Part shown: positions 13,249-25,676 of the stretch, piece by piece | Layout of the letters: the number at the start of each line of letters is the position of its first letter | Position numbering within the stretch: the stretch's first letter is position 1 | Assembly: GCA_964016885.1 (NCBI GenBank) | Contig: OZ024743.1 | Location: 60,574,001 to 60,638,000 of the forward strand | DNA length: 64,000 nt | Reading direction: 5' to 3' | From: Eledone cirrhosa | Lineage: Eukaryota | The notes under the pieces: model-generated | What the model saw: the letters and a program-made list of their open reading frames with translations, nothing else | What the model was told of the DNA's origin: nothing | The model's database searches: none | Program-made: the position numbers and the translations under genes

Positions 13249-14117
13249 AGTGTGTAGTGTGTGTGTGTGTAGTGTGTGTGTGTTCGGACTAAAAATCAGT
13301 GTAAATGGTGAAGCGTCACGAGCGTTCTATGCTATCAACAAAGCTCTGTTCGACAGAGTTGACCGCTACCTTAGTTTAGAAAACATGCCCATCTATTAGC
13401 CAGGTTTTCACTTTGCATAAACGAGATATTCTGAGAGGGAACATTTAATGTATGTGGTTATCTTATATGTAGTTTCCGCTCCAAATTACCTTAATTAGTC
13501 TTTCCAATTATTGGGAATGTTTCCTTGCTGGAAAAAATGTGTTCGATTTATTGTTTATTGTTAAGTTCGAAACTTTTACTCGATATAAACCCTGCATTGT
13601 ATTGTACAAATTCCTTCTAATTTTCCCAAAGTCTTGGGCCTATTATTACGGCCCTTTACGTTTTGAATTCAAATCCCGCCGAGGTTAGCTTTGACTTTCA
13701 TTCTTATCTCGTACTGGGTTCGATTTAATTGACATTGAACTCATCCTCGATGTTTGACCTTGTACCTAAATAAGAAACCACCATTATTATTATTTTGTTA
13801 ATGTTGTTCACTCTACTAGAAAACAAGCAGTTTTAAGCAAATGGGAACCAAGACTACCTTATCTGAACTAATTAGGATTTTAAAAATGGTCGTTTCCCCA
13901 GATTCCAATAGATTATACTTTGCGATCAATATTTATTATTCTCTCTATACTACCGCATTGGAGAACATAGAAATATATTAATATAGATAAGAACATTTTT
14001 CTTTATAGATTTTTTTTCGAAAATCTTGAAATACAAATTTCGGCAGACTGTAAAATCTGGTTTATCTAATTATTTTTATTTGATAATTTTGTGAAAAGAT
14101 ATATAAATATACATATA

Positions 14118-14149
<32 letters not shown>

Positions 14150-14198
14150 AATGAAAGTTATAGAAAGTATTGTAGCAAGAAGCCAACAGTATTCCATA

Positions 14199-14233
<35 letters not shown>

Positions 14234-14254
14234 TATATATATATAAAAATATAT

Positions 14255-14325
<71 letters not shown>

Positions 14326-14376
14326 CATATATATATATATACATATATGTACATATATATATATGTCTGTGTGCAA

Positions 14377-14420
<44 letters not shown>

Positions 14421-14877
14421 GTATACATATATGTATTAATATATATATACACATATATATGCATACACACACAGATAGAGTAGAAACGTGAATATTTTGA
14501 AATGTCATTGAATGAAAGACATTTCTATAAAATACGTAAGATTTTCTTAGATTTCATTGGGTCTACAGTAATTTTTGTTTGATTACATTCACGTTAGTAA
14601 GATGATTGACAGTTGTTAGCAGAGACGATCTTCCAATAGAAAAGGTTTGATTGACTAATAATAGTGAAATAGAAGGATGGGTGTGGTCGAGGGTTGAGAG
14701 GCAGAAAGATGAGGGTGTTCTTATTCTTATATAAATATCTTAGAAAGGTGTACCCTTCTGCGCAGTAGAGTCAATGATAGAGGGAAAAGATTGATAGAAA
14801 TATAGATATCGAGATGAGATATGTATATAAAGATATATGTACAGAATATATATACATGCATATATACGTACACACAC

Positions 14878-14991
<114 letters not shown>

Positions 14992-15484
14992 CCGAGTTGG
15001 AAATATGATGTAATTGATAACTACTTGTATGTAGAGACAAATGGATCAATGTATCGATGGTTGCATGGATGTATCGATGGATATGAGGAGCGAGGGGGGG
15101 GGGTATAGATGGATGGATAGATAGATATGCGTATATATAAGCAAAAGGAGAGTGAATGAAAAGAATAATAAATAGATAAATAATTGATCGAACAAATTGA
15201 TTGACATAAAAAGGAAAACACTAAGTAGAAGAGGCCCAAGAAGTAGTAATGGTAGGACATTGTAAGCCATAGTAAAACTAAGCCGCATATATATGTGACT
15301 GTATTAAATCATTTACACTGAGAATAAACTGACAACTGAATAACAAGACACATATTCATATATATTTCAGCAAATTTGAAAAGATAATTAAATGAATTGT
15401 TCTGGCAGACATTAAGTGATAATGAGGAAGATGATAAATACACACGCCCATATACATATATATATAAATATATATATATATATA

Positions 15485-17080
15485 TTGGAATAAATGCTCT
15501 GAAATAGCGATATATATGTGAATATAGACATAGAATATTCGAAAATATTCTGTATGTTTATAATAAACATTTTGAAGACCTAATCGCTATAGAATAGAAT
15601 ACGTCACGTATTACAATTAGATTCTCGATAAAAGCAAGGGAAGTAAGTCTACGCGTTTCATTCTCGTTAGAAATCGTCAGGACTACATATCCAGTGCTTT
15701 TATCGAGAATGACACAGCTAGAGACTTATAGAATACTTAGCTGTGTACAGGAACTGGTTTGAAAGAGCGGTTGCCGGTCCGGCAGAAATTAGAAATTGGA
15801 ATAAATGCTCTGAAATAGCGATATATATGTGAATATAGACATAGAATATTCGAAAATATTCTGTATGTTTATAATAAACATTTTGAAGACCTAATCGCTA
15901 TAGAATAGAATACGTCACGTATTACAATTAGATTCTCGATAAAAGCAAGGGAAGTAAGTCTACGCGTTTCATTCTCGTTAGAAATCGTCAGGACTACATA
16001 TCCAGTGCTTTTATCGAGAATGACACAGCTAGAGACTTATAGAATACTTAGCTGTGTACAGGAACTGGTTTGAAAGAGCGGTTGCCGGTCCGGCAGAAAT
16101 TAGAAATTGGAATAAATGCTCTGAAATAGCGATATATATGTGAATATAGACATAGAATATTCGAAAATATTCTGTATGTTTATAATAAACATTTTGAAGA
16201 CCTAATCGCTATAGAATAGAATACGTCACGTATTACAATTAGATTCTCGATAAAAGCAAGGGAAGTAAGTCTACGCGTTTCATTCTCGTTAGAAATCGTC
16301 AGGACTACATATCCAGTGCTTTTATCGAGAATGACACAGCTAGAGACTTATAGAATACTTAGCTGTGTACAGGAACTGGTTTGAAAGAGCGGTTGCCGGT
16401 CCGGCAGAAATTAGAAATTGGAATAAATGCTCTGAAATAGCGATATATATGTGAATATAGACATAGAATATTCGAAAATATTCTGTATGTTTATAATAAA
16501 CATTTTGAAGACCTAATCGCTATAGAATAGAATACGTCACGTATTACAATTAGATTCTCGATAAAAGCAAGGGAAGTAAGTCTACGCGTTTCATTCTCGT
16601 TAGAAATCGTCAGGACTACATATCCAGTGCTTTTATCGAGAATGACACAGCTAGAGACTTATAGAATACTTAGCTGTGTACAGGAACTGGTTTGAAAGAG
16701 CGGTTGCCGGTCCGGCAGAAATTAGAAATTGGAATAAATGCTCTGAAATAGCGATATATATGTGAATATAGACATAGAATATTCGAAAATATTCTGTATG
16801 TTTATAATAAACATTTTGAAGACCTAATCGCTATAGAATAGAATACGTCACGTATTACAATTAGATTCTCGATAAAAGCAAGGGAAGTAAGTCTACGCGT
16901 TTCATTCTCGTTAGAAATCGTCAGGACTACATATCCAGTGCTTTTATCGAGAATGACACAGCTAGAGACTTATAGAATACTTAGCTGTGTACAGGAACTG
17001 GTTTGAAAGAGCGGTTGCCGGTCCGGCAGAAATTAGAAATTGGAATAAATGCTCTGAAATAGCGATATATATGTGAATAT
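15485..17080 (-). repeat. 311-bp HHR tandem array, left arm (5 units + 41 bp), putative non-LTR retrozyme
   Basis: ttggaataaatgctctg recurs at 15485, 15796, 16107, 16418, 16729, 17040; HHR on minus at 15643-15686 + 311k. Confidence 0.95.
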
Positions 17081-20000
17081 GTCTATATTCACATATATAT
17101 CGCTATTTCAGAGCATTTATTCCAATTTCTAATTTCTGCCGGACCGGCAACCGCTCTTTCAAACCAGTTCCTGTACACAGCTAAGTATTCTATAAGTCTC
17201 TAGCTGTGTCATTCTCGATAAAAGCACTGGATATGTAGTCCTGACGATTTCTAACGAGAATGAAACGCGTAGACTTACTTCCCTTGCTTTTATCGAGAAT
17301 CTAATTGTAATACGTGACGTATTCTATTCTATAGCGATTAGGTCTTCAAAATGTTTATTATAAACATACAGAATATTTTCGAATATTCTATGTCTATATT
17401 CACATATATATCGCTATTTCAGAGCATTTATTCCAATTTCTAATTTCTGCCGGACCGGCAACCGCTCTTTCAAACCAGTTCCTGTACACAGCTAAGTATT
17501 CTATAAGTCTCTAGCTGTGTCATTCTCGATAAAAGCACTGGATATGTAGTCCTGACGATTTCTAACGAGAATGAAACGCGTAGACTTACTTCCCTTGCTT
17601 TTATCGAGAATCTAATTGTAATACGTGACGTATTCTATTCTATAGCGATTAGGTCTTCAAAATGTTTATTATAAACATACAGAATATTTTCGAATATTCT
17701 ATGTCTATATTCACATATATATCGCTATTTCAGAGCATTTATTCCAATTTCTAATTTCTGCCGGACCGGCAACCGCTCTTTCAAACCAGTTCCTGTACAC
17801 AGCTAAGTATTCTATAAGTCTCTAGCTGTGTCATTCTCGATAAAAGCACTGGATATGTAGTCCTGACGATTTCTAACGAGAATGAAACGCGTAGACTTAC
17901 TTCCCTTGCTTTTATCGAGAATCTAATTGTAATACGTGACGTATTCTATTCTATAGCGATTAGGTCTTCAAAATGTTTATTATAAACATACAGAATATTT
18001 TCGAATATTCTATGTCTATATTCACATATATATCGCTATTTCAGAGCATTTATTCCAATTTCTAATTTCTGCCGGACCGGCAACCGCTCTTTCAAACCAG
18101 TTCCTGTACACAGCTAAGTATTCTATAAGTCTCTAGCTGTGTCATTCTCGATAAAAGCACTGGATATGTAGTCCTGACGATTTCTAACGAGAATGAAACG
18201 CGTAGACTTACTTCCCTTGCTTTTATCGAGAATCTAATTGTAATACGTGACGTATTCTATTCTATAGCGATTAGGTCTTCAAAATGTTTATTATAAACAT
18301 ACAGAATATTTTCGAATATTCTATGTCTATATTCACATATATATCGCTATTTCAGAGCATTTATTCCAATTTCTAATTTCTGCCGGACCGGCAACCGCTC
18401 TTTCAAACCAGTTCCTGTACACAGCTAAGTATTCTATAAGTCTCTAGCTGTGTCATTCTCGATAAAAGCACTGGATATGTAGTCCTGACGATTTCTAACG
18501 AGAATGAAACGCGTAGACTTACTTCCCTTGCTTTTATCGAGAATCTAATTGTAATACGTGACGTATTCTATTCTATAGCGATTAGGTCTTCAAAATGTTT
18601 ATTATAAACATACAGAATATTTTCGAATATTCTATGTCTATATTCACATATATATCGCTATTTCAGAGCATTTATTCCAATTTCTAATTTCTGCCGGACC
18701 GGCAACCGCTCTTTCAAACCAGTTCCTGTACACAGCTAAGTATTCTATAAGTCTCTAGCTGTGTCATTCTCGATAAAAGCACTGGATATGTAGTCCTGAC
18801 GATTTCTAACGAGAATGAAACGCGTAGACTTACTTCCCTTGCTTTTATCGAGAATCTAATTGTAATACGTGACGTATTCTATTCTATAGCGATTAGGTCT
18901 TCAAAATGTTTATTATAAACATACAGAATATTTTCGAATATTCTATGTCTATATTCACATATATATCGCTATTTCAGAGCATTTATTCCAATTTCTAATT
19001 TCTGCCGGACCGGCAACCGCTCTTTCAAACCAGTTCCTGTACACAGCTAAGTATTCTATAAGTCTCTAGCTGTGTCATTCTCGATAAAAGCACTGGATAT
19101 GTAGTCCTGACGATTTCTAACGAGAATGAAACGCGTAGACTTACTTCCCTTGCTTTTATCGAGAATCTAATTGTAATACGTGACGTATTCTATTCTATAG
19201 CGATTAGGTCTTCAAAATGTTTATTATAAACATACAGAATATTTTCGAATATTCTATGTCTATATTCACATATATATCGCTATTTCAGAGCATTTATTCC
19301 AATTTCTAATTTCTGCCGGACCGGCAACCGCTCTTTCAAACCAGTTCCTGTACACAGCTAAGTATTCTATAAGTCTCTAGCTGTGTCATTCTCGATAAAA
19401 GCACTGGATATGTAGTCCTGACGATTTCTAACGAGAATGAAACGCGTAGACTTACTTCCCTTGCTTTTATCGAGAATCTAATTGTAATACGTGACGTATT
19501 CTATTCTATAGCGATTAGGTCTTCAAAATGTTTATTATAAACATACAGAATATTTTCGAATATTCTATGTCTATATTCACATATATATCGCTATTTCAGA
19601 GCATTTATTCCAATTTCTAATTTCTGCCGGACCGGCAACCGCTCTTTCAAACCAGTTCCTGTACACAGCTAAGTATTCTATAAGTCTCTAGCTGTGTCAT
19701 TCTCGATAAAAGCACTGGATATGTAGTCCTGACGATTTCTAACGAGAATGAAACGCGTAGACTTACTTCCCTTGCTTTTATCGAGAATCTAATTGTAATA
19801 CGTGACGTATTCTATTCTATAGCGATTAGGTCTTCAAAATGTTTATTATAAACATACAGAATATTTTCGAATATTCTATGTCTATATTCACATATATATC
19901 GCTATTTCAGAGCATTTATTCCAATTTCTAATTTCTGCCGGACCGGCAACCGCTCTTTCAAACCAGTTCCTGTACACAGCTAAGTATTCTATAAGTCTCT

Positions 20001-20201
20001 AGCTGTGTCATTCTCGATAAAAGCACTGGATATGTAGTCCTGACGATTTCTAACGAGAATGAAACGCGTAGACTTACTTCCCTTGCTTTTATCGAGAATC
20101 TAATTGTAATACGTGACGTATTCTATTCTATAGCGATTAGGTCTTCAAAATGTTTATTATAAACATACAGAATATTTTCGAATATTCTATGTCTATATTC
20201 A
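17081..20201 (+). repeat. 311-bp HHR tandem array, right arm (10 units + 11 bp), inverted relative to the left arm
   Basis: gtctatattca recurs from 17081 to 20191 at period 311; reverse complement of the left-arm unit; ends in (TA)n. Confidence 0.95.
17235..17278 (+). ncRNA. Minimal type I hammerhead ribozyme, one per 311-bp unit (15 copies)
   Basis: gtagtc-CTGACGA-t-ttct(aacg)agaa-t-GAAAC-gc-GTA|gacttac; palindromic stem III ACGCGT; predicted cleavage after A17271; closed by a perfect 16-bp stem 17211-17226 / 17285-17300. Confidence 0.88.
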
Positions 20202-20608
20202 TATATATATATATATATATATATATTTATTTATATCCACATACATATGTATTCATATATACATATATATGTATATATGTATATATATATATACAAACAT
20301 ATATACATATATATAGGAACGTGTAGGACCCCGACGGCTGAGCTCAAGCCGTTTCGACATATATATATATTTAAGGAACGATCGACTTTCGTCAAATCGG
20401 ACCGAGGGAACAATGTTTCCGTTGGTCTTTCCAATTGCTAATACTATCTATCGGTCGCAACTCCAGGTAGAAGGAGCAACGTGAAATAAAGTGTCTTGCT
20501 CAAGGACATAACGCATCGCCAGGAATCGAACTCACAACCTTACGATTGCGAATCCAATTCTCTAACCACTCAGCCACACGCCTTCACTCAGCCACACGCC
20601 TTCCTAAT

Positions 20609-20639
<31 letters not shown>

Positions 20640-20640
20640 C

Positions 20641-20684
<44 letters not shown>

Positions 20685-20718
20685 GTGTATATATATATAT
20701 ATATATATACAAACATAT

Positions 20719-20894
20719 AGTAACATGTATGACCCCGACGGCAGAGCTCAAGCCGTTTCGACGGCTAGCCGTCGATACGGCTTGAGCTCAGCCGTCGGGA
20801 TCATATATTTTCCTATTACCCACTCTACTACCCTAAGTATTGAGTACTCTGGTGCGTTATGGTCCACCTGGTTCCTTACCACAACTCCTTCGTT
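20719..20894. mobile_element. Fold-back (TA)n-targeted element, family G; copies 24112-24321, 56568-56767, half copies 20315-20358 and 50000-50058
   Basis: gaccccgacggc.gagctcaagccgtttcgacggct and its reverse complement, followed by a tail ending cttcgttata. Confidence 0.88.
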
Positions 20895-23185
20895 ATATAG
20901 AAACATTTATATATATATATATATACATATATTTGGGTTTGTGTGAGTGTGTATGCACGGATATATATATATATTTACATATGCGTATATGTATGTATAT
21001 ATGTATGTATGTATGTACGGTTTTTGCCGTGCAAATGATAGATATAATACATGGGTAGATTCATATACGATGTAGTCTATCTTTGAATGTATCTCTAGGT
21101 CAATATGTTTCGTGCTCCAGTGCCCCTTTCTTACTTAATCACGAAATTTCTGTCGCTGATCAATAATTGAATAACACACACATACACCCCTCATTCAGAT
21201 ACACACACATATGTATGTATGTATGTATATATATATGTGTGTGTGTGTGTGTATGTTTATAGACTTCCTTGTTCAACATGATTTATAAAGTATATTTTTT
21301 AAAAATCTCTCTATATATTGAATATTGTGATTGACATTTTAAATAAATTGGTGTTGGTTGAAAATATAAACCATATTTTGTATTATTATGTTCATCGAAC
21401 CCTTTAAGAATTATTTTGAAAACTTTATATTACACAGTTGTATTCCCAATGTAGTAATGTATGGTTTAAAAAGGTAAAGGATAAAGACCGCCTTCAATCA
21501 CGAGTGAACATGTGTTTTGCACCTAGAAATTTGCCCCTGTGGGCATATATCCGGGCAAGGTTGTTTGATAAGACCAGTTGTCACCTATGCATGCCAGTCT
21601 CCCCTCTCAACGCCACCAGTGTTGTTCAAGGCAAAGGCAATATCCAATACAGCTTGGCGCCAGTGATATCACAACTCACTTCTACAGCTGAGTAAACTGG
21701 AGCAGCGTGAAATAAAGTGTCTTATTGAAGAACATAACACAGCCCGGTCCGGGAATCGAAATCACAACCTCACGGTTATAAGACTGACGCTCTAACCACT
21801 AAGCCATTCGCCTTCACTTAATGGTCTAGTCTATTCATATATGTATATGTTTGTAATTATGTATCTTGCCCCCAACCCCCTTCACTTCAAACAACGTGTT
21901 TCAGTTGTTTGATAAATGGAACAAGTGCCTAAGCATTTCTCAGTACTAAAGTCTGTCTTAAGCCAGAAGGTTGGTTTGGCCGGTGCTTATCCCGGTGTCC
22001 TGGCGTGAAGCGACTGAGAGTACAATGCTCCCCTCTAAACAGACGCCAGTTCATTGCAGCTATTGCTGGTACTTATTTTCAACTGAGTATACTGGAGCAA
22101 TGTAAAATGAAGTGTTTTGCTCAAGAATGCAACACGTAACCCATCCCAGGAATCGAACCCACGATATCATGATCGTAAGTCCAACACCCTTGTCACTGGG
22201 CCACGCGCGTCTAAATTTCTCAATAACTTAAGCTTGTTCCCAGTGAAATTTATTGTGGCAAAATGTTTGACAAGTTTGGCCTTTTTAATTACAGGTTCGT
22301 TCTGATATATAATAGGGACGAGAGCATCGGCATAATTGATTTTAGTAAAATTGATACTAGTGTTCAGTTTTCAAGGAAACTAATGGTGAACGAGAGAAAG
22401 TTGTGTGAATAATCATAGATGACTTACCTGAAAATGATCGTGTATAGAATTTATGTCCCGAAAATTCATTGTTAAATCTGAAAGAAAGGAAGAAATATAG
22501 AAATTATCAAAGGCGTAAATTAATATTTGTCTTTAAAATATTATTTTATTCAAATTTTATTTTGAAATAAACAGTCGTTAAAATCGTTAGATGATGACGT
22601 CTTCTTGGAGGTAACATTAAATGTAATAAGAATTGCAATAAAGAGGAGGAGTTAATTAACAAACAATTATTTATGTTTTTAGGTGATAGTAGGGCAGTGA
22701 ACATATCTTTCGGCTCTTTACGTTCTAATTTCAAATCCTGCTACCGTCAACATTGATTTCACTACATTCGGGGTAGGTAACATGAGGGATCAGTCTAGTA
22801 GTGATATATATATATAAAATATTCCTTTTCTCCCGAATTGCTAGTTTTATGTTTAGTTTAGAAAATATTTTAAGTCACAGGAAGAAGTCTCAAAAGATCA
22901 TGCGCACTGCCTTGTCATTTTTAACTGACCAAAAGCAAGAGAAAACACGTGAGAGCAATAACTGACTGCCTAAATGCGGATATTGCCTACCCGTCTAGTT
23001 TCATCCAGAGAAAAGACAACCAGCAATTAAGAAGAAATTACATTGAAATTGACTGGAATAATTTTGAAAGCCGTTCCTTGGTCATGTGTATTGGAGAATA
23101 CACAAAGAGCCCACACACATTCACCGATATATATATGTGTGTGTGTGTGTGTGTGAGTGTGTGTGCATGAGTGTATGTGTGTGTG

Positions 23186-23231
<46 letters not shown>

Positions 23232-23415
23232 GTGAGGGTAAAAGATCATTGTATGGAAGTATGAAAGGAGACAGATATTCAATAGCCCATCATGTACTGC
23301 AATATAACCTATATATAACCTATGCGTATATAACAGAAATGAAGCACTATCTCTGCCAACTCTGCACATACAAAACACATATAATGAACGTCTGATGTAA
23401 TATATATATATATGC

Positions 23416-23568
<153 letters not shown>

Positions 23569-24039
23569 TATATAGTGTGTGTGTGTGTGTGTATTATATT
23601 CATATATAAAGAAACGGAAATCACCTGTAAATCGCTAGCAAAAGAAACGAAAATCTGTCTGGCAAATTCTTGCCGAGAGATAGAAACTGACTGAGGAGTT
23701 GTGGAGGAGGGGCGATTGTTAGAACATAAAATAAAACTAAACGTTATTACTTTATCTACAGATGGAATGTTGTTTTGTTTGTTTTTTAACAGGCTACTTT
23801 TCTTCTAATGACACCTGAACATTTGAATGTTTAAGAAATGTTTACCCAGACATTTAACTTTGAGATGCAAATATATGAACTCTTACTGAGAATTGTTCAG
23901 TATTCTTTACATTGCAATAGCTGGCTCCAAATAGCAAAGAATATTCATTAACCTATACACATCTATATATATATATATATATAAAAAAGGGAAAGAAATA
24001 TATTTTTCTTCCTAATAATCGTCTTTTTCTCCCTGTTTT

Positions 24040-24111
<72 letters not shown>

Positions 24112-24114
<3 letters not shown>

Positions 24115-24321
24115 CGAAGGAAATGTGATAAGGAACCAGATGGATCATAACGAACCAAAGTACTCAATACTTAGGGTAGTAGAGTGGGTAATAGGAACAA
24201 GTAGGACCCCGACGGCTGAGCTCAAGCCGTTTCGACGGCTAATTCTGGACTAAAACATTTTTTAGTCCAGAATTAGCCGTCGAAACGGCTTGAGCTCACC
24301 CGTCGGGGTCATACTTGTTCT
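24112..24321. mobile_element. Family G fold-back element, long tail on the left
   Basis: Palindrome centred ~24258; tail is the reverse complement of ~20805-20894. Confidence 0.88.
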
Positions 24322-24346
24322 TATATATATATATATATATATTCAA

Positions 24347-24377
<31 letters not shown>

Positions 24378-24396
24378 ATTTCCAATGTTTACATAA

Positions 24397-24426
<30 letters not shown>

Positions 24427-24431
<5 letters not shown>

Positions 24432-24467
24432 CGAAACATAAGTCAATTGCATGAACTCATAATCCTT

Positions 24468-24469
<2 letters not shown>
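24427..24469 (+). repeat. Short element 3' end in (TA)n with HHR 3'-half motif; copy at 49804-49854
   Basis: gtgac-GAAAC-ataa-GTC-aattgcatgaactcataatccttta. Confidence 0.6.
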
Positions 24470-24504
<35 letters not shown>

Positions 24505-25049
24505 GTCTGTGTATGCAAGGATGTAGATATGGAAGTATATATATAAATAGTGTGTGAATAATATGTATATGTTGTTAGATCTCCGTCGTTTCCGACGGCG
24601 AGTTCTCCAGATGATTCAATCAAAGGAACTGCCTGCTCCTGAAATTAACTTTTAAGTGGCTTAGCATTCCTTTAACCCCCTGAATGGTTGAGAACAACGT
24701 GACGTAATATGTCAAGCTGAGTTACACACCACCCAGTCCCGGAATTGAACGGAGTACCCTACCTACTATGCCTCCTGACTTAAGTTAATATATTTATATA
24801 TAGATATATGATGGACTCTTATATAGCAGAAAGCAGATGAGGGTACAGGAAATATTATACGTTATGTGCGCTCTCAAACCCTATCCCTCCTCCTGAGACG
24901 AAATTTTAGGTCTGGACGTAACCAATCATGACGCTCCCCCCTGCCAAAATGTTGCTGAAAAGTTCCTGGCTTTGGGTAAGAGAAACTACAGGAAGATCAG
25001 TTAATAATGATTTTATTCCACACATTCCCCTCTCAGATTCACATACTTA

Positions 25050-25676
25050 TTGCAGTTGTCCTTCAGTTTTTCTAACCTCTTTAAAAAGAACTCGGAATGG
25101 TGGGCCTCCAGCCATGCCACTGTAAAATCTATCAGGCCGGAACATTTTCAGCACACCTTCGTGTATATAGAGATATAAATGATGAAACCAAAACATTAGC
25201 TCGAGTTATAATTGTTTCTACTTTTGGCACAAGGCCAGCAATTACCCAGTGCATTACTGGTACTTTATTTTATCGACCCCTTTGCAGTTGTCCTTCAGTT
25301 TTTCTAACCTCTTTAAAAAGAACTCGGAATGGTGGGCCTCCAGCCATGCCACTGTAAAATCTATCAGGCCGGAACATTTTCAGCACACCTTCGTGTATAT
25401 AGAGATATAAATGATGAAACCAAAACATTAGCTCGAGTTATAATTGTTTCTACTTTTGGCACAAGGCCAGCAATTACCCAGTGCATTACTGGTACTTTAT
25501 TTTATCGACCCCTTTGCAGTTGTCCTTCAGTTTTTCTAACCTCTTTAAAAAGAACTCGGAATGGTGGGCCTCCAGCCATGCCACTGTAAAATCTATCAGG
25601 CCGGAACATTTTCAGCACACCTTCGTGTATATAGAGATATAAATGATGAAACCAAAACATTAGCTCGAGTTATAAT
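25050..25676. repeat. 232-bp tandem repeat, 2.7 apparently identical copies, containing a family A SINE fragment
   Basis: tgcagttgtccttcag at 25051, 25283, 25515; identical ORF translations at 25097 and 25329. Confidence 0.93.

Noticed and set aside
15485-20201. CRISPR array or rDNA/snRNA tandem
   Set aside because: Units are fully repeated with no unique spacers, no cas genes, and no recognisable 5S/U-snRNA/tRNA sequence.
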